Positions 18,545 to 28,854 of a stretch of DNA of 64,000 bases are shown here, in pieces. The DNA comes from Marinoscillum sp. (lineage in GTDB: Bacteria > Bacteroidota > Bacteroidia > Cytophagales > MED-G16), in NCBI GenBank assembly GCA_042095375.1, contig JBELBJ010000002.1, positions 69,185 to 133,184 of the forward strand. Direction: 5' to 3'. Each line of letters opens with the position of its first letter. Positions within the stretch are counted from its first letter, which is position 1. The notes beneath the pieces are model-generated. The model saw only the letters and a program-made list of their open reading frames with translations. It was not told the origin of the DNA and did no database searches. Made by a program: the position numbers and the translations under genes.

Positions 18545-19630
18545 TTATTTCAAAATAATTTTTTTTACGCCAATAAAAATTACTGGTATAACAAATATAA
18601 TCCAATATGCCCAAGTTAAAGTTCCATATCCTTCAGCTATAAGACTAATTAATCCAAATTGTTCTGCAAAAAAAATGCATATTATCATAACAAATGAACT
18701 AATTATAAATCTGTTTACCCCTGATAAGATTACTTTTTTTTCCTTAAGCCAGCTTGCAATCCTTTCATTAAATCCGTGTATTAGTCCCAATCCAGTTTCA
18801 ACAAATGTTCCAAATAAAATAACTTGAAATATAATTTTAAAAGAATCTGATCCCAGTTTATTAAATAAAAAATTTATGGGAATAATTTCAGAGTTTATTG
18901 CAGGATAGTGACTCAATAAACTAAAATAGATCATAAAACCAGGAATCATTGCAAGAAAAGCAGCAATAACACCCGATACCATTGCTTCTTTTCTAGTTTT
19001 AAGATCTTTTAAACAAAATAACATAGCAGGAACAATCCCAACATTATATGCTGCATATTTAAATCCATTAATTATCCAATTTGATTTGTTATCTGAAATA
19101 TTAAAGTTTGAAATAATATTTTCACTAAATATTGAGCCAATAGATATTATCAAAATTAAAAACACAAAATAAAGAGCTATTGACCAGAAAGAAAGAAATT
19201 TCATTATAACTTTAGATCCAAAGTATGAAAAAATTCCAATCAGTAAAATCATTAAAAGAATACCATAAGTACTTGAAATATTAAATGCTTCCTTTAAAAG
19301 ATTTCCAGAAGCAGAAGCTAATACCGAAATAACAAGTACTAAACCAATTAAATAAGTGATCTCATAAAGAATCCAACTTTGTCCTAAAACTTTTTTTAAA
19401 AAAGATCTATAATCATACGCATGAAATTTTCTAGATAAATCAAATGTAAAAGAAAGAACAATACACCATATAATTAGTGATACAATCATTCCATATAATC
19501 CACTTTTTGGACCTAACAAAAGAAAAAATTCAACGAGTTCTCTCCCTGTTCCATAACCTCCACCTATAACCAGTGATTGAAAAATTAATCCAGGTAAAAT
19601 AAATTTTTTGAAAAAAATATTTCTAAACAT
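18545..19630 (-). CDS. YkvI-like polytopic membrane protein (APC-superfamily transporter-like)
   Basis: 361 aa with about 10-11 TM helices. The N-terminal GGGYGTGRELVEFF motif resembles B. subtilis YkvI. Confidence 0.55.
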   Translation of the reverse strand: MFRNIFFKKFILPGLIFQSLVIGGGYGTGRELVEFFLLLGPKSGLYGMIVSLIIWCIVLSFTFDLSRKFHAYDYRSFLKKVLGQSWILYEITYLIGLVLVISVLASASGNLLKEAFNISSTYGILLMILLIGIFSYFGSKVIMKFLSFWSIALYFVFLILIISIGSIFSENIISNFNISDNKSNWIINGFKYAAYNVGIVPAMLFCLKDLKTRKEAMVSGVIAAFLAMIPGFMIYFSLLSHYPAINSEIIPINFLFNKLGSDSFKIIFQVILFGTFVETGLGLIHGFNERIASWLKEKKVILSGVNRFIISSFVMIICIFFAEQFGLISLIAEGYGTLTWAYWIIFVIPVIFIGVKKIILK

Positions 19631-19684
19631 GTAATAAATACATTACTTTAAAAATGAATAATTACTTTTACACATTCTATAATT

Positions 19685-20449
19685 ATGATTAAAATTAAAC
19701 GATTAAATTTAGATTCATCTTGGTATATAAAATTTAACCAGCTAAATTTTATTTTAGACCCTTGGTTAATTGGATCAGAAATAGATGGGTTTAAATGGTT
19801 AAATGAGCAATGGCATATAAAACCCCCCGTTACTATAAATGATATTCCTAATTACGATTCTATTATAATATCTCAAAATTATGAAGATCATTGTCATTTA
19901 GAAACCCTTAAAAAACTACCCGATGATAAATCTATATTGGCTACAGAAAAAGCGTATAGTAAATTGAAAAAACAATTTCCAAATAGAGAAATAATTCATA
20001 TAAATACTAAAAATCAAATTGAAAAAAATAAAATTAATTTCATTAGTATAAAACCCCCTAAAATAATGGATCCGATTTATTTTGCATTACTGATTTATGA
20101 CCAAGAAAATAATGGTATATTTTATGCTCCACACGGATTCACTTTAGATGAAAATCAAAAAAATTTAGTAAATAAATTTAAGATTAAACTAATGATAACT
20201 ACTTTCACAGAGTTCAAACTTCCTAAAATTATGGGAGGTTATGTTAACCCTGGAATGAGTAATGTATATGAATTATATAATCAAATATCTCCAAAATATA
20301 TTGTTAATACTCATGATGAAAAAAAAAAAGCAAAAGGTTTGGTATCTCTATTAGCTAAAATCAAATATCCTGATTTAAAATCAATTGAAAATGTTAAAGA
20401 TTTTAACTTTATTAATATTGATAATTATAAGACAATAACATTAAATTAA
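19685..20449 (+). CDS. MBL-fold metallo-hydrolase-like protein
   Basis: 254 aa. ILDPWL and IIISQNYEDHCH (degenerate HxHxDH region). Weak call. Confidence 0.45.
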   Translation: MIKIKRLNLDSSWYIKFNQLNFILDPWLIGSEIDGFKWLNEQWHIKPPVTINDIPNYDSIIISQNYEDHCHLETLKKLPDDKSILATEKAYSKLKKQFPNREIIHINTKNQIEKNKINFISIKPPKIMDPIYFALLIYDQENNGIFYAPHGFTLDENQKNLVNKFKIKLMITTFTEFKLPKIMGGYVNPGMSNVYELYNQISPKYIVNTHDEKKKAKGLVSLLAKIKYPDLKSIENVKDFNFINIDNYKTITLN

Positions 20450-20464
20450 TATACAATTATTAAA

Positions 20465-20863
20465 ATGAGATATATTGTTATACTAAGTTTCTTTTGCTTA
20501 TCATTTAAAATTAATGATATTGTTCCAAAAGAAAATTTAGTAGGAACATGGGAAAGAGTCTGTTTAGAAAATTCTGCGTTAGGTTTTTCATTAAACCATT
20601 GTAATTATTTTGGAGATAAAATAATGACAATTAAGGAGTGGAATTATATTGAGGTGGAATATAGAAATGGTCAAAGAAGATTTATTGATTATTTATTAGA
20701 AGAAGATAAAATTAAATTTTTTTTCCCTTCAAAAGAAAGTATAGAAAGTTTTGTGTCTATTGAAAATGATACTCTAATTATTGAAACCTTTGAAGTTTAT
20801 AATGAATTTATGAACAGAAAATATATTGCTGATATTCATAAAACATATTTTGTAAGAAATTAA
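20465..20863 (+). CDS. hypothetical lipocalin-like small protein
   Basis: 132 aa with LVGTWERVCL and NDTLIIE motifs. Confidence 0.4.
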   Translation: MRYIVILSFFCLSFKINDIVPKENLVGTWERVCLENSALGFSLNHCNYFGDKIMTIKEWNYIEVEYRNGQRRFIDYLLEEDKIKFFFPSKESIESFVSIENDTLIIETFEVYNEFMNRKYIADIHKTYFVRN

Positions 20864-21495
20864 ATTATATATTTATATATCATAAAGTAATGACTTGCTG
20901 ATCCACCCAAAACAAATAGATGCCAAATAGCGTGATTATATTTAATTTTTTCTAGAGAATAAAATATTGTTCCTACTGTATATAATACACCACCTAAAAT
21001 CATTAATAATAATGCGTCACTATGAAAATATGTGATAAGACTATTAAAATCTACAACAATTAACCAGCCCATAATTAAGTACAGTGCTAGAGAAAATTTT
21101 TCAAATTTATTTAGAAAAAAAATTTTAAAGAACATTCCAAAAATAGCAATTCCCCACACTACAAAAAATAAATAAACTCCAAGACCTTCACTTAATTTCA
21201 AAAGTAACCCAGGGGTATAAGAACCAGCTATTAAAAAATATATACTTATATGATCAGCTAATCTTAAACTATTTTTATACTTAGTATTATAATAGTAATG
21301 ATATAAAGTTGAACACAAGTACATAAAAATTAATGACAACCCATAAATTAATGCACAAATAAAAAATAACTTTTCAGGGTTTTTAAATGATTTTTCAAGT
21401 AAAAAATATAACGCAACGATACTTAATAACAAACCAAACGCATGGGTTATTACATTTAAATTTTCTTCTTCAATAGATTCTTTTCTTATGCTCAT
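20860..21495 (-). CDS. trhA: hemolysin III / PAQR-family membrane protein
   Basis: 211 aa with 7 TM helices. Motifs NVITHAFG, DHISIYFLIAGSYTP and HAIWHLFVLGGSASH. Confidence 0.85.
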   Translation of the reverse strand: MSIRKESIEEENLNVITHAFGLLLSIVALYFLLEKSFKNPEKLFFICALIYGLSLIFMYLCSTLYHYYYNTKYKNSLRLADHISIYFLIAGSYTPGLLLKLSEGLGVYLFFVVWGIAIFGMFFKIFFLNKFEKFSLALYLIMGWLIVVDFNSLITYFHSDALLLMILGGVLYTVGTIFYSLEKIKYNHAIWHLFVLGGSASHYFMIYKYII

Positions 21496-21531
21496 TGATT
21501 TAAATAAATAGATCTATATTATATGAATTAA

Positions 21532-22740
21532 TTGTATGGGTTGTATATTTATAATATGACCCAATTTATGAAATTTTTTATTAGTATTTTTCTAAATATA
21601 TTATTTTATAACCATCTTCATGCACAAACTACAATTAGAGCTCGGGATATAGGAATCCCACTTAACGGAATAACTGGTGAATTCAATTCAATAACTGATG
21701 TTAAGGGAGTGTTAGTCGGTCATGAAACCATAATAAAAGGAGATGGTAAATTAGTAATTGGTAAAGGTCCAGTAAGGACCGGTGTAACTGCAATTTTACC
21801 CCGAGGTAAAGTATTTGATCCAGTATTTTCTGGATGGTATTCCCTAAATGGAAATGGTGAAATGACAGGGACTACATGGGTAGAAGAATCAGGTTTTCTT
21901 GAAGGACCCATTTTGATAACAAATACTCATAGTGTCGGTATTGTTAGGGACGCTGTAATTGAGTGGCAATACAATAATAAACTATTCAAGACTCTTTATG
22001 ATATAAAAGATTTGTTTTGGTCTCTTCCAGTTGTTGGTGAAACATATGATGGATCATTAAATGATATAAATGGTTTTCATGTAAAAAAAGAACATGCAAT
22101 TAAAGCACTAGAAAACGCTCAAGGAGGAATTATTTTAGAAGGTGGAGTTGGCGGTGGTACAGGTATGATCTGCCATGGATTTAAAGGAGGTATTGGAACT
22201 TCATCAAGAAAAATTAATTTAGATGGTAAAAATTACACTTTAGGAGTATTAGTTCAAGCTAATTATGGAAATAGAAATGATCTTACAATTTCTGGGGTAC
22301 CCGTTGGAAAAGAAATACAAGACTTAAAACCTAAAATAACTTATGGAGAAAAAACAGATGGTTTAGGATCAATAATTGTAGTAGTTGCAACTGATGCTCC
22401 ATTTCTTCCTAACCAATTAAAAAGAATAGTAAGAAGAGTCCCAATCGGAATTTCAAGAGTTGGTGGATATGGTTCTAATGGATCTGGAGATATATTTATT
22501 TCATTTTCTACTGCTAATAGTAAAGCTTTTGATAGGGAAAACGAAAAATCTATAACTTTCTTACCAAACGATGAAATGAATCCTTTTTTCATTGCAACTG
22601 TTCAAGCTACTGAAGAAGCCATTTTAAATGCTCTAATCTCTGCTAAAACAATGATTGGAATAAATGATAATGTTGTTTATGAGTTACCTCATGATAGACT
22701 AAAAAAAGTTTTAAAAAAATATAATAGGTTAAATGAATGA
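21532..22740 (+). CDS. secreted P1/S58 (DmpA-type) aminopeptidase
   Basis: ITDVKGVLVGH, GGVGGGTGM and VVVATDAPF motifs. The track start is TTG at 21532; ATG at 21568 (MKFFISIF...HAQ signal peptide) is more likely. The stop overlaps the iolA start (ATGAATGA). Confidence 0.8.
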   Translation: MYGLYIYNMTQFMKFFISIFLNILFYNHLHAQTTIRARDIGIPLNGITGEFNSITDVKGVLVGHETIIKGDGKLVIGKGPVRTGVTAILPRGKVFDPVFSGWYSLNGNGEMTGTTWVEESGFLEGPILITNTHSVGIVRDAVIEWQYNNKLFKTLYDIKDLFWSLPVVGETYDGSLNDINGFHVKKEHAIKALENAQGGIILEGGVGGGTGMICHGFKGGIGTSSRKINLDGKNYTLGVLVQANYGNRNDLTISGVPVGKEIQDLKPKITYGEKTDGLGSIIVVVATDAPFLPNQLKRIVRRVPIGISRVGGYGSNGSGDIFISFSTANSKAFDRENEKSITFLPNDEMNPFFIATVQATEEAILNALISAKTMIGINDNVVYELPHDRLKKVLKKYNRLNE

Positions 22741-24184
22741 AATAATTAATAATTTTATTAACGGTAAATTTGTCTCTTCAAAAAGTGATCAAATATCAGT
22801 ATGGAATCCACAAAATGGAAAAAAATTAACTGAAGTAACAAACTCTTCTTTAAAGGAATTAGATCAAGCTGTTAATGCTGCAAAAAATGCATATAAAAGT
22901 TGGTCCAAGTTTACATTAAAAGAAAGAGTAGAGTTTTTCTTTGAATTTAGAAATCAATTAAGAAATAATATTGATTCTTTATCAGATTTAATATGTCAAG
23001 AAAATGGAAAAACTTTTGAAGAAGCAAAAGCAGAAGTTTTAAAGGGAATTGAACTTACAGAGTTTGCTTGTTCAATGCCACAAATAATTCATGATGAAAT
23101 ACAAGAAGTTAGTAGAGGAGTAGAATGTAGATCCTCACATGTTCCTGTTGGAATTGTATCATCAATCACTCCATTTAATTTCCCAATTATGGTTCCTATG
23201 TGGACAATTCCTAATGCTTTAGTTCTTGGAAATTGTATGATACTAAAACCTTCAGAGCAAACACCAGTAGGTGCTTCTAAAATTGCTGAATTGTTAAAAA
23301 TCTCAGGACTACCTGATGGGGTTTTTAATGTGATTAATGGCAATAAAAAAGTTGTAGAAGGAATCTGTAATCATAAAGATATATCGGCAATTTCTTTTGT
23401 TGGCTCAACAAAAATTGCAAAAAATATTTATAAGAAGTCTACCGCTAGCCTTAAACGATGTCTTGCACTTGGAGGAGCCAAAAATCATTTAATAGTTTTG
23501 CCTGATGCTAATAGTGAAATGGCTTCCAATGATATAGTAGCTTCAATGTCTGGTTGTGCTGGTCAAAGATGTATGGCAGCTTCTGCAATGATAGGTGTTG
23601 GAAAAATACAAGAAACTATTGATAAAATAAAAAACAAAGCAAAAAATGTAATTCCTGGTAAAAATTTAGGTTCTGTTATTTCAAAAGAAGCAAAAGAAAA
23701 AATTGAAAAATATATAGATGAAGCTGAAAAAGAAGGAGCTAAAATAATTTTAGATGGAAGAAGTGCTAAAGTCATAGGTAAAGAAAATGGTTACTATGTT
23801 GGTCCTACTATAATAGATTATGTAACCCCAGAAATGAAAATAGCTAAGGAAGAAGTATTCGGTCCTGTTCTAGCAATAATGCGAACTGAAGAAATTGATA
23901 ATGCAATTAAAATTGAAAATAATTCTAATTATGGAAATGCTTCTTCAGTATATACTCAAGATGGAAAATTAGCAAATTATATAACAGAAAAAGTTAGTGC
24001 CGGTATGGTGGGAGTAAATATTGGAGTTCCGGTACCAAGAGAACCATTTTCATTTGGAGGATGGAATGAATCAAGATTTGGAGTTGGAGATATAACCGGA
24101 AAAAGTTCAATTAATTTTTGGACTAGATTAAAAAAGAGAACATCGAAATGGAATGCTAGTGCAAAAAAAAATTGGATGAGTTAA
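22733..24184 (+). CDS. iolA: CoA-acylating (methyl)malonate-semialdehyde dehydrogenase
   Basis: 483 aa ALDH with FNFPIMVPMW, LGGAKNH and GQRCMA (catalytic Cys). It is the first gene of the iol block. Confidence 0.9.
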   Translation: MNEIINNFINGKFVSSKSDQISVWNPQNGKKLTEVTNSSLKELDQAVNAAKNAYKSWSKFTLKERVEFFFEFRNQLRNNIDSLSDLICQENGKTFEEAKAEVLKGIELTEFACSMPQIIHDEIQEVSRGVECRSSHVPVGIVSSITPFNFPIMVPMWTIPNALVLGNCMILKPSEQTPVGASKIAELLKISGLPDGVFNVINGNKKVVEGICNHKDISAISFVGSTKIAKNIYKKSTASLKRCLALGGAKNHLIVLPDANSEMASNDIVASMSGCAGQRCMAASAMIGVGKIQETIDKIKNKAKNVIPGKNLGSVISKEAKEKIEKYIDEAEKEGAKIILDGRSAKVIGKENGYYVGPTIIDYVTPEMKIAKEEVFGPVLAIMRTEEIDNAIKIENNSNYGNASSVYTQDGKLANYITEKVSAGMVGVNIGVPVPREPFSFGGWNESRFGVGDITGKSSINFWTRLKKRTSKWNASAKKNWMS

Positions 24185-24187
24185 TAT

Positions 24188-25069
24188 ATGAAACATAACA
24201 AATATTCACTTTTACACAAAGCATCTAATGAGCTAAATGAATATCAATCTATTTCTGCTAAAAAAGCAGGGTGGAATCTTTTGAATTTTAATTCTAGAAT
24301 TTTAAAAAAAGGTGAAGAATGGAGAAATAATACTGGCAATTATGAATATGGAATAATTTTGATGTCAGGAAATTATTCTATAAAATCAGATAAAGGAAAT
24401 TGGAAAACTTTTAATGGTAGAAAAAGTGTTTTTCATGGAATAGCTCATACTTTATATCTTCCTAGAAATACAGAATATAAATTAAAAGCCGAAAGTGAAA
24501 TATTAGATATTGCTTTTGGTTATTGTTTAGCAGATCAAGATTTTCCAGCTAAATTTAAAAAACCAAATGAAGTTGATATAGAAATAAGAGGAGGTGATAA
24601 TGCAACTCGTCAAATTAATTCTCTTATAGAGCCTGGGTTTGGTTGTAATAAATTAGTATCTGTAGAAGTATATACTCCATCGGGAAATTGGAGCTCATTC
24701 CCTGCACATAAACATGATAAAAGAATATTAGATAAAAATAACAATCTTTTAGAAGCTCAACTTGAAGAAATATATTTCTATAAAATTGAAAAAAAACAGG
24801 GATTTGCTATACAACAAGTTTATACCTATGACAAAAGTCTAAATGAAGTAATTGTTACTAGAAATAATGATGTAGTGACTGTTCCAAAAGGATACCATCC
24901 AGTTGTAGCAGGGCATGGATATAATATATATTATTTAAACTTTTTAGCAGGATCTGATCAATCTCTTGCAAATTCTGATGATCCGGATCATAAATGGATC
25001 TACCAATCTTGGAAAGGAAAAGACCCAAGAGTTCCACTTGTAAAAGCACAAAAGAATGAAAAGAAATAA
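24188..25069 (+). CDS. iolB: 5-deoxy-glucuronate isomerase
   Basis: 293 aa cupin with FPAHKHD and LEEIYFYK motifs. Confidence 0.9.
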   Translation: MKHNKYSLLHKASNELNEYQSISAKKAGWNLLNFNSRILKKGEEWRNNTGNYEYGIILMSGNYSIKSDKGNWKTFNGRKSVFHGIAHTLYLPRNTEYKLKAESEILDIAFGYCLADQDFPAKFKKPNEVDIEIRGGDNATRQINSLIEPGFGCNKLVSVEVYTPSGNWSSFPAHKHDKRILDKNNNLLEAQLEEIYFYKIEKKQGFAIQQVYTYDKSLNEVIVTRNNDVVTVPKGYHPVVAGHGYNIYYLNFLAGSDQSLANSDDPDHKWIYQSWKGKDPRVPLVKAQKNEKK

Positions 25070-26072
25070 AAAAATTGATTTAATAACAATTGGTAGATCA
25101 TCAATAGACTTATATTCTCAAAATATAGGATCAAAATTTGAAAATATAAAAGGTTTTGATGCTTTCGTTGGTGGTTCACCACTAAATATTGCTGTAGGGT
25201 GTTCAAGGTTAGGTTTAGATACTGAAATTTTAACTGCAGTTGGAAATGATAAAGTTGGGGATTTTATTTTAAACTTTTTAAAAAAAGAAAATATCAATAT
25301 CAAAAATATACCTAAAATTAATGGCTCTAGAACTAGTGCTGTTTTATTAGGCATTGAACCTCCAAATAATTTTCCTCTGGTTTTTTACAGAGATAATGCT
25401 GCAGATAGCATGATTAATATCAATCATGTAAACAGCTTTCAAATAGAAAGATGTAAAATATTAGGAGTCTCAGGTACTGCTTTGAACAAAGAGCCTAGCA
25501 GAAGCGCTGTTATTCATGCAATCAAAATCGCTAGCAAAAATAATATACCAATAATTCATGATTTAGATTTTAGATTAGATCAATGGAAAAACATATCTTC
25601 TTTTGGAAAATTGACAAAATCCATTTTGCCATTGGTTAATGTAATTATTGGAACAGAAGAAGAAATTCTTGCAACAAATATTAAATCAAAAAATGAGGTT
25701 GAAATTAACAATCAACAAATTTCATCTCCAAAAATCAAAGGAAATCTATTAAAAGAAATTAAAAATATTCTAAGTTTTGGAATAGATACATTAATAGTAA
25801 AAAAAGGAGCAAAAGGTGTAGAAATTTATAATTCTAGTGGTCAATCTCACAAAGTTGAAGGTTTTCCGATTGAAGTATTAAATGTGTTAGGTGCAGGTGA
25901 TGCGTTTGCAAGTGGTTTTATTTACGGATACTTAAAGGGTTGGGACTTAAAAAAATCTTGTAAAATGGGTAATGCTTGTGGAGCGTTAGTTGTTTTGCAA
26001 CCTGGTTGTGCTAACTTTATGCCAACTCTAAACGAAACTTTAGAATTTATCAATAATCACGGAGGTTTTTAA
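25056..26072 (+). CDS. iolC: 5-dehydro-2-deoxygluconokinase (PfkB family)
   Basis: 338 aa with DLITIGRSSIDLY and GAGDAFASGF. No fused aldolase domain. Confidence 0.85.
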   Translation: MKRNKKIDLITIGRSSIDLYSQNIGSKFENIKGFDAFVGGSPLNIAVGCSRLGLDTEILTAVGNDKVGDFILNFLKKENINIKNIPKINGSRTSAVLLGIEPPNNFPLVFYRDNAADSMININHVNSFQIERCKILGVSGTALNKEPSRSAVIHAIKIASKNNIPIIHDLDFRLDQWKNISSFGKLTKSILPLVNVIIGTEEEILATNIKSKNEVEINNQQISSPKIKGNLLKEIKNILSFGIDTLIVKKGAKGVEIYNSSGQSHKVEGFPIEVLNVLGAGDAFASGFIYGYLKGWDLKKSCKMGNACGALVVLQPGCANFMPTLNETLEFINNHGGF

Positions 26073-26073
26073 T

Positions 26074-27951
26074 ATGAATAGAATAAAATTAACAGTAGCT
26101 CAAGCAATAATAAAGTATATTAATAATCAATATATTAAAACAAATGGGATTGAAAAAAAATTTTTTGAAGGATGTTTTGGTATTTTAGGCCATGGAAATG
26201 TTGGGGGAATTGGTCAAGCTATTCAAGAACAAAAAGAACTAAAATATTACCAGTGTAGAAATGAACAATCTATGGTTCACTCAGCAGCTGCATATGCTAA
26301 AATTAAAAATAGAAAAAATGCACTGGTTTGCACCTCATCTATTGGACCTGGAAGCACTAATATGATTACAGCTGCAGCAGGAGCAACAATCAATAGACTT
26401 CCAGTACTGCTTCTTGCAGGTGATATTTTTGCTAAAAGAAATGTTTCCCCTGCACTTCAACAATTAGAATCAAATTTTTCTCAGGATATTTCAGTAAATG
26501 ATTGTTTTAAACCTATCTCAAAATACTGGGATAGAATAAATAGACCTGAACAATTACAATCTAGTTTACCAGAAGTCATGAGGGTACTATTATCTCCTGC
26601 AGAAACCGGAACAGTTACACTTTCTTTACCTCAAGATGTTCAAAGTGAATCTTTTGAATTTCCAATTAAACTATTTAAAAAAAAAGTATGGTCAATTCAA
26701 AGATTAAGACCAGATAAAAAAATTATAGATCAAGCAATTAAATGGATAATGAAAAGTAAAAAACCATTAATAATTGCAGGAGGTGGAGTGCATTATAGTG
26801 AAGCTACAAAGGAACTTCTAGAATTTATAAATAAAACTAATATTCCATTAGCTGAAACCTTTGCCGGTAAAGGAGCTGTTAAATATAATGATTCACATCA
26901 ATTAGGAGCAATTGGAGCCACAGGCACAAAAGGAGCTGTAAAAATATCAAAAGAATCTGACCTAATCATAGGAATAGGAACTAGATATAGTGATTTTACA
27001 ACATCATCTAAAACTGCATTTCAAAATAAGAATATCAAATTCATTAATATAAATATTAATGAATTTGATGCCTCAAAAAATGGAGCTCTAATGATTCAAG
27101 GAGATGCTAAGGAAATACTAAAAGAACTAAATATTTTACTTAAAAATTTTAAAGTGAATAAGAGTTACTCAAATGAAATTAAAAAATTAAACCTAGAATG
27201 GGATGGTATAGTGTCAAATATATATAATTATAGAAATCCTAAGATTCTAAGTCAGGGGGAAATCATTGGTGCTGTAAATAACATAATAGACAAAAAGGAT
27301 GTAGTAGTATGTGCTGCTGGAAGCCTTCCTGGTGATTTACATAAACTATGGAGAACAAAAGATCCTAAAGGATTTCATTTAGAATATGGTTATTCATGTA
27401 TGGGATATGAAATTGCAGGTGGACTTGGAATAAAAATGGCATGTCCAAATAGAGAGGTTTATGTTATGGTGGGTGATGCCAGTTATCTCATGCTTTCTCA
27501 AGAGATAATTACATCAATTCAAGAAAACCTTAAACTAACTATTATTTTAATTGATAATAGTGGATATAAAAGTATAGGATCTTTATCTAGATCACTAGGT
27601 AGTAAAGGGTTTGGGACTAGGTTTTCCTTTAGAAATAAAATAGAAAAAAATGATTTTGGAGACAATGATTCTAAAGAAAAAGAAATAAAAGTTGATCTAG
27701 CTGAAAATGCAAGATCACTTGGGGCACATGTTTTAAAATGTAAAACGTATAAAGATTTTGAACATGCTCTGAAAAATGCTAAAAATATAGATAAAACCAC
27801 ACTTATTTATTTACAGTGTGATAGATTCCATGAAGTTCCAGGTTACTCATGGTGGGAAGTCCCTGTAGCTGAAATCTCCAAAATGAGTTCTGTAAATAAA
27901 GCACATAAAGAATACCTAAATCATAAAAAAAATCAAAGGTTTTACAATTAA
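26074..27951 (+). CDS. iolD: 3D-(3,5/4)-trihydroxycyclohexane-1,2-dione acylhydrolase (ThDP-dependent)
   Basis: 625 aa with the ThDP motif GDASYLM...IDNSGY. Length and context are typical of IolD. Confidence 0.9.
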   Translation: MNRIKLTVAQAIIKYINNQYIKTNGIEKKFFEGCFGILGHGNVGGIGQAIQEQKELKYYQCRNEQSMVHSAAAYAKIKNRKNALVCTSSIGPGSTNMITAAAGATINRLPVLLLAGDIFAKRNVSPALQQLESNFSQDISVNDCFKPISKYWDRINRPEQLQSSLPEVMRVLLSPAETGTVTLSLPQDVQSESFEFPIKLFKKKVWSIQRLRPDKKIIDQAIKWIMKSKKPLIIAGGGVHYSEATKELLEFINKTNIPLAETFAGKGAVKYNDSHQLGAIGATGTKGAVKISKESDLIIGIGTRYSDFTTSSKTAFQNKNIKFINININEFDASKNGALMIQGDAKEILKELNILLKNFKVNKSYSNEIKKLNLEWDGIVSNIYNYRNPKILSQGEIIGAVNNIIDKKDVVVCAAGSLPGDLHKLWRTKDPKGFHLEYGYSCMGYEIAGGLGIKMACPNREVYVMVGDASYLMLSQEIITSIQENLKLTIILIDNSGYKSIGSLSRSLGSKGFGTRFSFRNKIEKNDFGDNDSKEKEIKVDLAENARSLGAHVLKCKTYKDFEHALKNAKNIDKTTLIYLQCDRFHEVPGYSWWEVPVAEISKMSSVNKAHKEYLNHKKNQRFYN

Positions 27952-27954
27952 GAT

Positions 27955-28851
27955 ATGATGAAAATTGCTAATGCACCTTGTTCTTGGGGTATTTTAGAGT
28001 TTGATATAAAAAACCATTCTAATTATAAGAAAGTACTTGATGAGATTAAAGAATGTAATTATTCAGGTACAGAACTAGGTGATTATGGATTTTTACCTAC
28101 AAACCCTACATTATTAAGAAAAGAATTAAATAAAAGAAACCTTAGTTTAGTTGGAGCCTTTATTCCATTAGCTCTTTATATTAAAGAAAACCATAGAAAA
28201 GGAATTAAAAAAGCATTATTGATTGCGGATTTAATGAAAAAAGCAGGATTTAATGATTCATTAATAATTCTTTCAGATGATAATTGTAAAGTAAATGAAA
28301 GGACTTCTAATACTGCTAGAATAAAAAAAAGTATGAAATTATCAAAAAAAAAAAGATTAATTTTTGCAGAAGGAGCTAATAAAATTGCTGAAGAGGTTTT
28401 TTCAAAATCAAATCTAAAAACTGTTTTTCATCATCACTGCGGAGGATATATTGAAACTCCAGATGAAATTGATTATTTTATGAGAAATACTGATGAAAAT
28501 TTAATTGGATTATGTTTAGATACAGGCCATTCATTTTTAGGAGGAGGTAATCCAGTTAATGTTATAAAAAAATATAAAAAAAGAATATGGCATGTCCATT
28601 TTAAAGATTGTAATGAAAAAGTAAAAGAAGTAGGAATAAAAAAAAATTGGGATTATTTTCAGTTTATTAAAAATAAAATTTTTTGTGAATTAAATAAAGG
28701 AAGTATTGATTTTGAAAAAGTTAAAAACGAATTAATAAAAATAAATTATAAAGGATGGATTGTAGTTGAACAAGATATAATCCATGGAATGGGAGATCCA
28801 AAACAGTATGCTAGAAGAAATAGAAAATATTTAAAATCTATCAATCTATAA
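27955..28851 (+). CDS. iolE: myo-inosose-2 dehydratase (xylose-isomerase-like TIM barrel)
   Basis: 298 aa. VFHHHCGGYIETPDEIDYFM, DTGH, HVHFKD and YKGWIVVEQD parallel B. subtilis IolE. Confidence 0.7.
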   Translation: MMKIANAPCSWGILEFDIKNHSNYKKVLDEIKECNYSGTELGDYGFLPTNPTLLRKELNKRNLSLVGAFIPLALYIKENHRKGIKKALLIADLMKKAGFNDSLIILSDDNCKVNERTSNTARIKKSMKLSKKKRLIFAEGANKIAEEVFSKSNLKTVFHHHCGGYIETPDEIDYFMRNTDENLIGLCLDTGHSFLGGGNPVNVIKKYKKRIWHVHFKDCNEKVKEVGIKKNWDYFQFIKNKIFCELNKGSIDFEKVKNELIKINYKGWIVVEQDIIHGMGDPKQYARRNRKYLKSINL

Positions 28852-28854
28852 AAT

